A DNA stretch of 64,000 nt from Methanobacteriota archaeon (GCA_963720465.1 OY970393.1:1888001-1952000), one strand, 5' to 3'; counted from the stretch's first letter, positions 10,313 to 21,492 are shown. The notes: generated from the sequence alone by a model not told the origin. Numbers and translations are program-made.

Positions 10313-11632
10313 TTAGATCCGCGCCCAAAATTGCTTTCGTGAATAGAGAAACACAGTAGGCACTAGATACGAAAAAATGAGCGTGATCGCTGCGCCCAGG
10401 ATGCCTATACGCGGAATTAACACTGTGTCCAGAACTATCAGCACGAGCAGCGCAAGAACGTTGCACGCCGCACTCATTTTTGCTCCTCTCGCACCGACCG
10501 ATGCCGCAAGCCACGTGTAGCTTAGAAAAACAACATACACCGCTGCTGCGAGTGCAAAAAAGAATGATAGTTGCAGGCTGAGTGAGGACCGATGCCCATA
10601 GAAAACGAACGCTATCACTTCCGCACAAACGATGAGTGGCACAAGGACAACACCAAAATAAGGTACGACCTTGTTTATTTTGAGCAGAAGCGCCAGTTTG
10701 TCGGTGCTTCGCGATGCGTAGGGGAAAAATGTGGCGTTAATGATGCCCCAAAGCCCCGCGGCTACGGTGATTGACGACAGAAAATACGCGTTATACAGTC
10801 CCACAGCAGCGGTTGTCATAAATATGTTAATGAGTAGCCGATCGAGCCCCATGAGTGCCACAGCGATCAATCCAGGGGCCGCAAAGAACGAGTAGCGCAT
10901 TATTACTCGCGCCCAATGCCAGTCGAACTGACGCGTCAGATGAGCTCTGACGTAGAAAATTACGATGAGGCTGACTGCCAGGTTAGACGCTGACAGCGCG
11001 TACGCCGCCGATTGCCACGACTTCATGCCGTCCGTGACAAGGGCGAGGAAAAGCGCAAGACACACTACCGATTGGGCAGCGTTGGAAAGCGCATATGCCT
11101 TCATGCTGAATAAAACGCGTAGAGCATTCATCGCCAACATGAAACAGGTAACGGCCACGCCATATGCAACGGCGAAAATGAATACGGCCGCAGAGACCCC
11201 CAACAGATAGGACAGTTGCGGGGAAAGAAGGGCGAGGATCGTCGTCGAAGCGGTGACAAGCAGCAGCGCTTCAATAGACGCGGTTGAGAGGATCCTAGTG
11301 CGAGCTGAATCGTCTGGCGCTCCAGAAGCATAGTTGACGGTTGCGACCAGGTTGAGCCCCATCGAGATTGCAACGATGGGGCCTATTGACAGTAAGAGGC
11401 TCAGATCGCCAAAGCCCTGGGGTCCTAAGATGTGCGCCCCAATGATAAGGAAAATAAAGGTCAGCGCCGATCCAAAGAGCGTTCCGACTGCCACGTACGA
11501 CGTGCTCAAGAAAAATTCTGCGGTTCGCTGCTCAAGTTGTTCCTTAAAGATGAGCTCGTACGGTTTGCTGAGCAGGCGGCTCGCAAATTCTGTAGGTGAC
11601 ATCTTAGGGTAATTGCTCCTTAGCTCTCGCAA
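10313..11632 (-). CDS. Oligosaccharide flippase (Wzx/MOP family)
   Basis: Multi-TM protein with LGPQGFG and DRLLIN...VGLYNAY motifs; paralog of 49880-51172. Confidence 0.85.
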   Translation of the reverse strand: MRELRSNYPKMSPTEFASRLLSKPYELIFKEQLEQRTAEFFLSTSYVAVGTLFGSALTFIFLIIGAHILGPQGFGDLSLLLSIGPIVAISMGLNLVATVNYASGAPDDSARTRILSTASIEALLLVTASTTILALLSPQLSYLLGVSAAVFIFAVAYGVAVTCFMLAMNALRVLFSMKAYALSNAAQSVVCLALFLALVTDGMKSWQSAAYALSASNLAVSLIVIFYVRAHLTRQFDWHWARVIMRYSFFAAPGLIAVALMGLDRLLINIFMTTAAVGLYNAYFLSSITVAAGLWGIINATFFPYASRSTDKLALLLKINKVVPYFGVVLVPLIVCAEVIAFVFYGHRSSLSLQLSFFFALAAAVYVVFLSYTWLAASVGARGAKMSAACNVLALLVLIVLDTVLIPRIGILGAAITLIFSYLVPTVFLYSRKQFWARI

Positions 11633-12293
11633 GGGGCTTCCATCAATCTGAGGGACAGACGCAAGCCCACGTCTGAGGCTTATAGCGGCGTTTCATCTTT
11701 TATTTCAGCTCACGCCGACTCGCACCGACCACAGACACCTGAGCACGTAGAGCACATCGCGCCTTACCTTAATCAGCCTTGTTGCGCGACGTTATCGGTA
11801 CTTCCGCGATCGCAAATCCCTTTTTGTGGGCTTTTGCCGCAAGCTCTGTATCTAAGACAACCTTCATAGTTGACAGTGAGGGCGTCCCATAAACTGCGCA
11901 GAAACGCCTTGCATCCACACGCAAGTCGCACGCTCGCGTTCAATCCAACCGAGACCTTTGTCGTGAGCTAGGTCTGCTGAGCTTCCAGCTTCCTCTGCCG
12001 GCGATCTCGCTCGTGCTTGTTAAGCGTCGGCGTGACATTTCGGGGAGTTTGTTAAGGAGGTCATTGACTACACGGAGAGCAATTGCCTGCAGCGCAGAGA
12101 TTCTCCGCTTAACTTCTGGTTTCTCTCCTATGCGCTGGTATCACTTTAAGCGGCGGCGTCCGTTCTTGCCGCTTACACGATCTTGCCTCTTTCCACCCTA
12201 CAGAACTCTTCAGCACCGAGGATCTGCCCGTGAGGTGCTAAGCGGCGTCGCCGGGCGCACTTGGGAGCCGAGATCAGACCAAGCTACGGCTTC

Positions 12294-13316
12294 TCACAGT
12301 CGCAGAAGGCGCTCAGCGTTGCCGTGCGCGATCCGCTCTTTGTCGGCGGGGCTAACCGGGAGCTGGTCTAGGAAAGTGCGCGCCTCCACCATCGAGCTAT
12401 AGGGATAGTCGGCTGAGAACATGATCCGGTCGACTCCCACCTCAAGCAACAGGTCGAGGAACGTTGCGGTGTAGTTAAGGCCACTGAACGTATAATGGAC
12501 GTTTTCGCGGAGGTAGGCGCTAATCGGGCGATCAAGTTTCGTCACTTGCGGAGGGAGACCGCGATCGAGTCGGGGCAGCATGAACGGAAGCGTTTCGCCC
12601 AAGTGGCCGATGATAAGCTGCAAGCCCGGGTACCGGTCGAACGCTCCGCCGAGGATGAGGCGCAGGACGTGGATCGCGGTTTCGATGTGCCAGCCCCAGG
12701 CCGCCATCGCAAACCCGCGCGTTACCTCTGGCGAGAAGTTCCCTGTGTAGGAGGCCGCGATCACGGGCTGCGGAGGGAGCGTCGGATGGAGGGTGAGCGG
12801 GACCTGGAGGGCTTCGGCGCGCTCCAGGATCGGCCAGAAGAACGGGTCGTCGAGGTAGCGGCTCCGGACGTGGCCGTTAATACATGCTCCTTTAAAGCCG
12901 TATTCGCGGACCGTGCGTTCCAGTTCGTCGGCGGCGGTGTCCGGAGCCGCGGTCGGCAGCGCGGCGAACCCGGCGAGACGGCTTGGATGTCGCCGCACCG
13001 CATCCGCGAGACGGTCGTTCGTGTCACGGGCGAGGACCACGGCTTCGGCCGCATCGAGTTGCTCTACGCCGGGAGAGGTCAGCGAGAGCACCTGCACGTT
13101 GATCCTAGCAGCATCCATGTCCGCTACCCGGCGGTCGCCGATGTCGCACAATTGATCGATAACCTGAGCAATGTCCCACACCTCCGGGGGATGAGCGTGA
13201 GCCGCGTATGCTGCGTCCTTGAGTTGGCGGCCTGGCCCTTCCATGAATGCCGGGGTCGTGTAGTGCTCTTCAAGCGTAATCGTGCGCATCGTGTTTTGTT
13301 TTTCGAGTTGAGACAT
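12294..13316 (-). CDS. Amidohydrolase-2 family metal-dependent decarboxylase/hydrolase (ACMSD/2,3-DHBA decarboxylase-like)
   Basis: ITLEEH, LHP, GHLGE, FSADYPY and HGNAERL motifs. Confidence 0.9.
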   Translation of the reverse strand: MSQLEKQNTMRTITLEEHYTTPAFMEGPGRQLKDAAYAAHAHPPEVWDIAQVIDQLCDIGDRRVADMDAARINVQVLSLTSPGVEQLDAAEAVVLARDTNDRLADAVRRHPSRLAGFAALPTAAPDTAADELERTVREYGFKGACINGHVRSRYLDDPFFWPILERAEALQVPLTLHPTLPPQPVIAASYTGNFSPEVTRGFAMAAWGWHIETAIHVLRLILGGAFDRYPGLQLIIGHLGETLPFMLPRLDRGLPPQVTKLDRPISAYLRENVHYTFSGLNYTATFLDLLLEVGVDRIMFSADYPYSSMVEARTFLDQLPVSPADKERIAHGNAERLLRL

Positions 13317-13689
13317 AGCAGTTTACCTCTATAATCCGTGTTTTAATAGATATTGCACCGAACTCCAGTTCAGCGCATCCGGTGATTTGTCCGTTTTCGA
13401 CAGCGTACGTCACGCCGCAAACCTCATGCGTGGCTTAGCGGAAGGAGATGGATGCGCCGTAAGTCAACTATGAGGCACATTAGAGCGCATGCCTAGCGAT
13501 GCATCTACGGCGTTTTGAGTGGTTTACCCTGCGCCACTTCCGGAGCGGCCGCTATCGATCGCGCACCACATCTTCTGGCCCCATCATCGTGCACGAGCCA
13601 CCGCGTGATACTCCGACAGGATCCCGATCAAGAGTCCCAGAACGAGGCCGAGGGCGGCCTAACCTCCGATTTGAAAAAAAAGACGATGA

Positions 13690-14708
13690 AGAGCTGTCTG
13701 GCCGACAGAAACGGAGAAACCACCTAACTTACAGGCTCGGCGACGACAGCAGCCACGTTGGTGTGCCCCCGCAGCGCTAGAACTGTACTACACGCCCGAA
13801 GAGCTTGAATCATTTCTCACCTTCCGGCGGGCCGGGCTGTCACGCTACTCGCTCGGCTGGCCACGTCGTGCCGCCGTAGCATTCTGGGAATGCACACAAG
13901 GGAGGATAAGCAAAGCGCATATGGAGGCGCTACGGACGTACGCCCTCGACAAGTTTCACAGCAGCGATACACAGGCGAAATTTCTCTATTACGCCAGGGC
14001 GTTCCTCATTTACCTGACCAAAACGAGGCTTGACTCCCGTTATGAATCCTTTAGACTGTTCCTTGAATTGCCCAAAGCCGTAAAAACGTGTAAGCTGCTG
14101 ACAAGGCGTATCGTGACTATTGAAGATGTGCAGAACGTTCTTTCGGCACTCAAACTGAGATATACGCGCGGCGAACTCGACGAGCTGCACTATGTCGCGT
14201 ATAACGCTTTAATCCTGTTTGGGGCCTTTTCCGGCCAGCGCCCAGATGCTACGATCGGCAGAATTACAGCTGGGCAGTTTGAAGAGGCATTGAAATTCAG
14301 ACCGAGAGAGCCCACACTGCACGTATCGGCAGATCAAGACAAGATCCGCATGGCTCACTATGTACCGCTGCACCCACGCGTTATCGAAGCTGTTGAACCG
14401 CTCCTGGACGGAAAAAAAGGTAACGAGATTATGTTTCCAGTCTCTGCACTCAATCAATGGCTCTGGCGTTTGCGCCAAGCAGGGAACGAAATACCGCTCA
14501 GTCGTTGTGGTTCGTATTTTATACTCAGTGATCTCGTAAGTTCACGGAGCAGCACGGAGACGTGATAGGGTGGGATTCGTCGAATAGAGCGTACATCTTG
14601 ACGCACGGCGTTTCAGGCGTCGAGCGGAGCAATTATCGGCATCCGCTGCCTGAGAGCGTTTACGATATCTACATGAATTACTGGGAGAACGTCGACTTCG
14701 CAGTCTAA
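13690..14708 (+). pseudogene. Archaeal tyrosine integrase, no in-frame start codon, frameshifted near 14535
   Basis: Frame is open from 13690 (YTPEELESFLTFRRAGLS...) with SGQRP and DKIR. After the frameshift it reads RKFTEQHGDVIGWDSSNRAYILTHGVSGVERSNYRHPLPE...FAV* ending at 14708. Confidence 0.8.
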
Positions 14709-14746
14709 GAAAGCAAATCAACTTCATTTCATTGCCAAGCCATTGC

Positions 14747-14932
14747 CTCGGAGATCTGAGGAAAACTGTGGAACAAATGGCCGATATACTGCAGTGGGAT
14801 CAGAGCAATAAGAACTACATACTTACGCACGGCGTTTCGGGGGTTGATTGGCGGTTTTACAAGCATCCGCTGCCTGAACTTGTTTAAGACATCTGTATGC
14901 AGTATTGGAAGGATACGCAATTTGCAGTCTAA
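14747..14932 (+). pseudogene. Second, paralogous integrase C-terminal fragment with internal stop
   Basis: LGDLRKTVEQMADILQWDQSNKNYILTHGVSGVDWRFYKHPLPELV*DICMQYWKDTQFAV*. Confidence 0.8.
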
Positions 14933-15029
14933 CGGAAGGCTGATCACCCGATATGCGGTAGCCTCACGCTACCGATAACTTCGTCACGACGAAACTCAAG
15001 CCGGACTCAAACCACCACCCATACCTTAG

Positions 15030-15731
15030 TCAATCTGATTGGAATTCTTCGGGGATTACTGCTTCTGCGTCTCCTGCTGAGCATTTGGGGATGGCAGCTA
15101 TTAAATTGTGCATTCGCTCGTAAGGCACTGATAGGAATAGTATGTCTGGTTCAAATTTCTGCTGTTTTCGTGCTGTCCAGTCACCAGTAGTTATGTTCGT
15201 ACAGCCAGTCATTACAGGATATGTTATAGAGCTGTGGCATATTGACCCTATAACTTGTTGTTTTGGTGATATGCCATCCCAGTAGGTGTCTAAGGTTATG
15301 AGACGACACGCTTGTTCTGGATTACATTGAAATAACACAATGTCTGGTCGCATTGTTGTTTTTTCAAGTGGACATATCACTAATCTGTCTGCCAATCCCA
15401 GAGGTGGTTGAATTGTTAGTTTTTGCATTCTCTCAAAGGATACAATCGTACTGGTGAGCTTTTCTCCTTTGGTAAGGAACCTTTGAAGTCTTCTTTTCTG
15501 TTCTCCGGTAACGTCCGTGAAACCGCAAAATCTACTGCCGCCGGGGCAGGTCTCTACCTTTGCGTCAATAACAAAACAGTTACCTTCTGCGGCACGTTTC
15601 AAAGCCTTACAAATCGATGTTTTTTCGTATAGGCCCACTGAAACCTCCTCATTGGTGAAAGTGATTGCCAGTGGTTCCTTTCTTAATCCCAGTACTCTTT
15701 TTAGTAAGTTTGATTGTTCTTTAAATTCCAT
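15030..15731 (-). CDS. DUF169-family protein
   Basis: SICKAL...CPGGSRFCG, PDIVLFQCNPEQ, SICH...YP and SVPYE motifs; AT-rich coding sequence. Confidence 0.8.
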   Translation of the reverse strand: MEFKEQSNLLKRVLGLRKEPLAITFTNEEVSVGLYEKTSICKALKRAAEGNCFVIDAKVETCPGGSRFCGFTDVTGEQKRRLQRFLTKGEKLTSTIVSFERMQKLTIQPPLGLADRLVICPLEKTTMRPDIVLFQCNPEQACRLITLDTYWDGISPKQQVIGSICHSSITYPVMTGCTNITTGDWTARKQQKFEPDILFLSVPYERMHNLIAAIPKCSAGDAEAVIPEEFQSD

Positions 15732-15860
15732 ATATCTAGCTCCTTTAACTAATCAAATCTGATTCTGTTGATCAGCGACATAGCTCTTATGGTGGCGTTA
15801 TTGGATCGTGAAGGACGTCAACAGTGTCCGGAGAATAGTCTCCAGCCCTGTCGTAGACCA

Positions 15861-16019
15861 TTAGACAAAACTCACCCACGTGGCAGTAGAAAAGTAGGAG
15901 CCGCTCTCATCGGCAAACCACAGGCTTAACATCTGCACGTGTGGCTGATCGCCATCGACGGTAGCGACGCAACAATGAATATGCTTGGTTGCATACCCCA
16001 CGCATTCTTCAAAGGTCAT
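15861..16019 (-). pseudogene. Truncated pyridoxamine 5'-phosphate oxidase-like FMN-binding protein
   Basis: MTFEECVGYATKHIHCCVATVDGDQPHVQMLSLWFADESGSYFST then a stop at 52 aa; matches the family start ATVxGDQPxVR...WFADE.GFYF. Confidence 0.65.
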
Positions 16020-16174
16020 AATATCTCACTGTGGTGTTGGACTTAAATGGCTTATGAGAATACTCTCGCATTCGCTTATAATTGCTAAGCGTTGATTTAT
16101 GATCTCTCGATACGTGCTAGAGCTGGCGAGGCGTACCTCGTTACCTAATGCAGAGTCAAGAGCGAATTAGGCAA

Positions 16175-17722
16175 TTAATTGCCGTCGTCGTTACTATCGT
16201 CAAAGAGGTGCTTGGGCTTAAGACGTTTGTAATCGTCTTTGAATGGGCCCTCGCCATACGAGCAGATCCTAATAACAGGATCAGCCAGCATCGGAACAGC
16301 TTCATAAGCTGACTGAAAGTCCATGTTGATGCTAGAGAGATTCTCTACGACACGATCGTGATATCTTTTCGTCACTTCTGGAAGATCTGAAGAAGGAATT
16401 GACGCTCCTGGAAAGAGTTCCAGGTAAATCACAAATCCTGCTGCAATGTCTTCTTCAACACCAAAGCTGAAGCTATTGATCAGATCATCCTGAGCAAGAT
16501 TGAGAGCGTATGCCAACTCATCGGGATCCACACATAATCCTAGCACGAAGACGCACTGGTCGGTCCGACCTCTTACCGCGCAAAAAGGCCATTTAAGCGT
16601 ACCTCTGGAGAAACCGGAGTTTTTTAACGTCACTAATGGCTCGATATTGAAACGGTCTCGCCAGATGTTCTCCATCTCCGCATATCTATACAGTTTTACG
16701 GCATCTGATATCTTGTACCTAATGAGCGGCATCATAGTCGCACTTGAGTCTCTGGTGATTAGAAGTCCCCCGTCTAGCTCTTCAAAAAATACATACATCG
16801 GACAGTCCTGAAAGAACGACGCCACGCCATCAATGCCAAAATGCATTGGGTTTTGTTCGAATAGCGTTTCAATGAGGTTGCACAACGGCGTAAAAATTGC
16901 CCAGCCTCCTTCCGTGTTGCCATACGTGTTGAGGAGTTCAAAGTAGGGGTTAATCTTGTAGTTTCGCACAAAAAAGTGCTTCAAATTAGCCGCTGATTCC
17001 CCACTGCACATCAAAACTACTTTAAGAGCATTCCAATCGAGCTTCCTTTTCACCCCTTCGTAATAGACGAATCTGAGAAAAGAAGGATATCCCGCAAGCA
17101 AGATGATGTCATAGAATCTACCTACTGTATCAATTAACGTAATTACGAGCTCCGCATTGAGACCTGGAGTGACAATGCTCACCTTGAGTTTCGGGTCTTT
17201 TGCCAATCCTTCGTAAATAAACGTAGTGAGTACTCCGCCTGACCATGCTCCTTGGGCAAACGAGTTGATGCACAAAATTTTTTTCGATAAATCGTCACCT
17301 AACAGATAGTAAAGCCATAATTTAGCGTAATTTGAAGAATAAATTTCGTCCTTGCTATGGTTTATCACCGTAGGGGTAGCTGCAGTACCTCCAGACGTAG
17401 TAAACACAACTGTATCTTGCATCTTTTTGATACTTCGTTGGTCAAGCGGGTATTGCTCGATATAGCTCTCTTTGTCCATCACCGGTACCATTTCCTTGAA
17501 ATCTTCGATAGTCTTGACTTGTCTATGGTCTTCTAATCCGTGTTTCAACAAGAAGTCACGATACGCCGGCACTTTTTGTGCTGTTTCGTGAAAACTTGAT
17601 AACGCTAGGCGTTCACCCCCTTTTTCCCAAAAATCTGGACTCATTGAAGGTATGAACCTAGCAGTGATCCTCGTAGGACTTCGACTTGCAATCGCCTTCG
17701 CTAGACGTAATTCTCTGCTCAT
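16175..17722 (-). CDS. Phenylacetate-CoA ligase (PaaK/F390 synthetase)-like adenylate-forming enzyme
   Basis: TTSGGT P-loop, YGNTEG, PLIRY..SD and GRTD motifs. Confidence 0.8.
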   Translation of the reverse strand: MSRELRLAKAIASRSPTRITARFIPSMSPDFWEKGGERLALSSFHETAQKVPAYRDFLLKHGLEDHRQVKTIEDFKEMVPVMDKESYIEQYPLDQRSIKKMQDTVVFTTSGGTAATPTVINHSKDEIYSSNYAKLWLYYLLGDDLSKKILCINSFAQGAWSGGVLTTFIYEGLAKDPKLKVSIVTPGLNAELVITLIDTVGRFYDIILLAGYPSFLRFVYYEGVKRKLDWNALKVVLMCSGESAANLKHFFVRNYKINPYFELLNTYGNTEGGWAIFTPLCNLIETLFEQNPMHFGIDGVASFFQDCPMYVFFEELDGGLLITRDSSATMMPLIRYKISDAVKLYRYAEMENIWRDRFNIEPLVTLKNSGFSRGTLKWPFCAVRGRTDQCVFVLGLCVDPDELAYALNLAQDDLINSFSFGVEEDIAAGFVIYLELFPGASIPSSDLPEVTKRYHDRVVENLSSINMDFQSAYEAVPMLADPVIRICSYGEGPFKDDYKRLKPKHLFDDSNDDGN

Positions 17723-18687
17723 TCCTGCGTTTTGCTCACATTCATTTTTGGACGGAATGCTGTCCTTTTACAGTCAAAGGTAATAATAACTGTGTCGTGA
17801 AAGTTGGGACTATTTTTTGGCTGACCTTGCTCAAACCTCGCGTGACGAAAAACATTCCGCCTGAGGGATTGAGTGCAGCTACCATAGGCATCCCCTACCT
17901 GAGCACGTTTACGAATGTACATGAAGTATTGGCAAAATACACAGCCAGGCAACTAAACTGTCGCTAACAGTTTTTAAATCAACTATCAACACTGAAGAAG
18001 GAATAAAACCATGGTCAACCTCTTTGTGAGGGCTCTTATTATCGCTCGCTACTATCATTGTTGCTGTCACAGACGTGATTATGTTTTACGTGATCTATAG
18101 GGAAGAACACAAATAACTCTGCTGTTCGTCATTTTGGTTATCATTATTACAATGGTGCCTATGGCGATCAATCTCTGGGTTCACATTTTCAGGCAGCTTG
18201 ACAAGCCAAGTTTAGTGTAGCTCACAATGCGCACAGAAGAGGGAAAAGGTGAGCAGTTACTGGGCTAAGCATTATGCCGCTTTGTTTTGTTGGTGATTTA
18301 CACTTCAGCGCAGCTGACTGAATGGTAGACAATTTCACTCACAAATTTCTAATCATTTTAGCTTGGGAGATCCCAGAAGTTCGCTGGACAATATGGCAAC
18401 GTTACTCAGTGGGATCAGTCAAACAAGAATTACATAGCGACTCAGAGCGTTTCTGGAGTGGATTGGAGGTTTTATGCGTACCTATTGCTATGTGCGGATG
18501 TCACCAATTCCACGGCTCAAGCGCCATTATCTCGTTTCGAAAAAAGGTGCAATCGACAGCCAAATCGACAAAAGAAGGCAATATTGACAAGATCGAGCAT
18601 CGCAACTTTTATTCTCTGGCAGCGTGAGATACGTGGCTAACCTTTATCTATAGGTGGTGACCAGGACAAAGATGGAGTCACGTGAAA

Positions 18688-18711
18688 CCGACCTGTTTCA
18701 GGTCGGCTTTT
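18688..18711 (+). terminator. Hairpin CCGACCTG-TTT-CAGGTCGG followed by a T run
   Basis: Perfect 8-bp stem followed by CTTTT, ~65 bp upstream of the radical SAM gene. Confidence 0.4.
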
Positions 18712-18775
18712 GTAACTGATCATCGTCGATCACAATAATTACGGCATATTTGGAAATATATCAAGGGGCAACACT

Positions 18776-19966
18776 TTGAAAAAAGCCTGTGTCCTCACTA
18801 ATGGCTGTCCGGAGAACCAGTTAGATTCTGCCCGTGTAAAGACTTATTTAGAAGAAAATGGTTGGCAAATAGTAGATAACGTTAAAGATGCTGACATTAT
18901 TCTATTCAATGCCTGTGGCTTGACTGAATCCTCAGCGTTAAATTCGATTCATTCTATTCATAATATTAAGAAACACATAAAAGGTAACCAGCGATTGATT
19001 GTTTGGGGATGCCTACCAAAAATTGACCCTGAAATGCTTTTCCAAACTCATCAAGAGCTCTCCTTTGGAGAAAGAGAAGTCGATAAGCTGGACGAAGTAA
19101 TTACGGCTACAAAATCGATAAATGAAGTAAGTGTCAACGAAATTTGCCAGCCGGTACATAAAGAAGGTACTTGGCATCGCCTTACTAAAATCGATCGTTT
19201 GCCTGTTACATTTGCTAATCTATTGTATCAAAGGTTAACAAAGAAAGATTTGTATAGAAGCAGCGATTCTTCAATCTTTTACATTAAGATAGCGACTGGT
19301 TGTTTAGGAAATTGTTCATATTGTGCGGTAAAGAAATCCCGAGGCAACGTTAAAAGCAAACCCATTGATGAGGTAATGGATGAATTCAAGGCCGGGCTTA
19401 GTCTTGGTTTCAAAGAATTTAGCCTAATGGGAACAGACTTGGGACCATATGGTAGAGACCTCGGCTACAATCTGGCAGACCTTATCACCAAGATGGTAAA
19501 TGAAAAAGGCGATTTTAAAATTGGCTTGCGTAATATCCATCCCCTATTTCTAAAACAGATGATTAACGATTTAGTTCCAGCTTTTGCTACAGGAAAGATA
19601 TGGTTTACCGGGGTTGCTGTTGAGTCCGGAAGCGACCGAATTTTAAAACTGATGAAGCGGGGCTATGGTGTTGGTGATTTCAAAGAAGGCATCCAACGAC
19701 TGAAAAAGGCACATCCGGACCTATTCATTTCCACTCAGATTATGGTAAATTTCCCAACCGAAACAAAGAACGATTTTGCTGAGTCCATGAACCTTTTCGA
19801 AGAATCTAATTTCGACTTTACCGAAATCTACTCATTTTCACCACGCCCGGGTACCTCTGCTGCAGACATGGAAGGTAGAGTTCCTGGCAGAGTAGCCTAC
19901 TTCCGGGAATTAAGAATGGTCACTAAAGCCTTATCCCACGCTATCTCTGATAGATTATTCACTTGA
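18776..19966 (+). CDS. Methylthiotransferase-family radical SAM protein (MiaB/MtaB/RimO-like) lacking the TRAM domain
   Basis: UPF0004 Cys motifs GCPEN.DS, NAC and GCLP; CLGNCSYC; ESGSDRILKLMKRGY; FSPRPGT; the protein ends before any TRAM domain. Confidence 0.85.
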   Translation: MKKACVLTNGCPENQLDSARVKTYLEENGWQIVDNVKDADIILFNACGLTESSALNSIHSIHNIKKHIKGNQRLIVWGCLPKIDPEMLFQTHQELSFGEREVDKLDEVITATKSINEVSVNEICQPVHKEGTWHRLTKIDRLPVTFANLLYQRLTKKDLYRSSDSSIFYIKIATGCLGNCSYCAVKKSRGNVKSKPIDEVMDEFKAGLSLGFKEFSLMGTDLGPYGRDLGYNLADLITKMVNEKGDFKIGLRNIHPLFLKQMINDLVPAFATGKIWFTGVAVESGSDRILKLMKRGYGVGDFKEGIQRLKKAHPDLFISTQIMVNFPTETKNDFAESMNLFEESNFDFTEIYSFSPRPGTSAADMEGRVPGRVAYFRELRMVTKALSHAISDRLFT

Positions 19967-20232
19967 GACCATAATAAGTGCTGAAAATATACATGTAGCT
20001 TAGCTGCGACTTATGCGCCATTTTTGACACAATGACGAATTAGTCGGTTTCGCAACACTTTTTGCGGTGTGTTATCGCTGTCAACTGCCGCAGTTTTAAA
20101 CAAACCGGGGTTGGGTCCCCTTCTTAAGCACAAAAAATGTTAAAATCTTAGGTGATTCGTTAGCGTTGTAGAAGAAGGGTATAGCGGGCCGGAAATCGAA
20201 AAAAGAACTAGATGAAAGCCTTAAAGATGCAT

Positions 20233-20433
20233 CTATGGGCCTTTGGCTTTCATTTCTTTTCTGTTCTCGTAAACTTCGGTCGCTATGAATACAAGAACCA
20301 TGACGAGCAGTGACAATACTGCTAAATCTGCTAAAATGTGGTTGTATTCAGCGCTTGTCGTCAACACGCCCGTTGCAAATGGAAAGACGGCTGCGAGCAT
20401 GCCAAAAAACCAGGCCAGAAGTCTTACAACCAC
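20233..20433 (-). CDS. Small two-TM membrane protein
   Basis: Two hydrophobic segments; starts 12 bp downstream of the Gly-rich membrane gene on the same strand. Confidence 0.5.
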   Translation of the reverse strand: MVVRLLAWFFGMLAAVFPFATGVLTTSAEYNHILADLAVLSLLVMVLVFIATEVYENRKEMKAKGP

Positions 20434-20445
20434 AATTAAGCCCTA

Positions 20446-21063
20446 CTACGGCTTCTGGTCCCACCATCGTGCCCGAACCACTGCGCGATACCCCGATAGA
20501 ATCCCGATCAAGAGGCCCAAAACGAGTCCGAGGGCGACACCTTTAGTTGACGCAAAATAGGAGAAGAAGTACGTGCCAAATATCGCTGTGCCCACCGCCG
20601 TACCGATGGCGCTAAAGATCATACCCATCTTTCTCGTGCTCCCGGCAAGTGTCCCGGCAACGACGCCTGCGATGAGTCCAACTACTGCGCCGATACGCGC
20701 GCCGTCGATTATCCCTAACGTACCGCCAAAGGTGACACCGTAACGGGTAAATGCGATCCACGCGGCGGCCGCCCCCAAGACGCTGTAAAATATCGTGTGA
20801 AATGCCGCTGACCAGTGTCGGGGATGTAGTACCAGCCCAATGAGTGCGCCCAGGACCCCGCCGATGATGCCGCCGACGTACAGCCCGGCGAGAGCGCCGA
20901 ATACCCAAAAACCTATGACGCCCGCAATCCAGCTCAGGATCACGCTCACGATGAGGTAGAGTATGAGTTCGAAGACGCCGCCGAGAATGGCGCCCAGCAC
21001 GAGACCTGCCACTAGTCCGAGTATGAGGGCAATAAGGGCTCCACCAAGAGTTCTGCGTGGCAT
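20446..21063 (-). CDS. Glycine-rich (GxxxG zipper) membrane protein
   Basis: Repeated GxxxGxxxG in hydrophobic helices; GGGAG SD. Confidence 0.7.
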   Translation of the reverse strand: MPRRTLGGALIALILGLVAGLVLGAILGGVFELILYLIVSVILSWIAGVIGFWVFGALAGLYVGGIIGGVLGALIGLVLHPRHWSAAFHTIFYSVLGAAAAWIAFTRYGVTFGGTLGIIDGARIGAVVGLIAGVVAGTLAGSTRKMGMIFSAIGTAVGTAIFGTYFFSYFASTKGVALGLVLGLLIGILSGYRAVVRARWWDQKP

Positions 21064-21492
21064 GCGACTCTCCCATCTGCCTTAGCGCTCGTATGGGTTT
21101 TTAAGCGTTCTGCTTTGGCGATATGATTTTGCATTTAAGAAATAAACGAGTTAGTTAGCCCGCAGTCGATCCAAAGAACGCTTGCGCGTGGAGCGACAAA
21201 CTGCTCACGCTTGGGTGTACGCGTCACGGCGAAAAAAAATCAAAAAGTAGTAAGCTATTTCTTTGACTGTTTGGCTAGCAGATTAGAAGGCCGAAAGAAA
21301 AGAAAGATAAGGATAATTTCTATAGGGCAAGCGGATATATCGCAAGAAAAAAATAGCTAACGTTTCCTCCTCTGCTCAAGATGCCATTTCGCCAACCTGG
21401 GCGCTCCGGCAGTAATCAATCGGCCGATTCTAATTAAGGGATTCGTGCAGCCGCTCCTGTCGAATGTTTCTTTATAAAGTAAATGTTCTTGA

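Noticed and set aside
12495-13334. Long antisense ORFs (also 26315-26956, 30270-31061, 43349-43972, 46003-46707)
   Set aside because: Shadows of well-supported genes on the opposite strand in GC-rich DNA, with no motifs of their own
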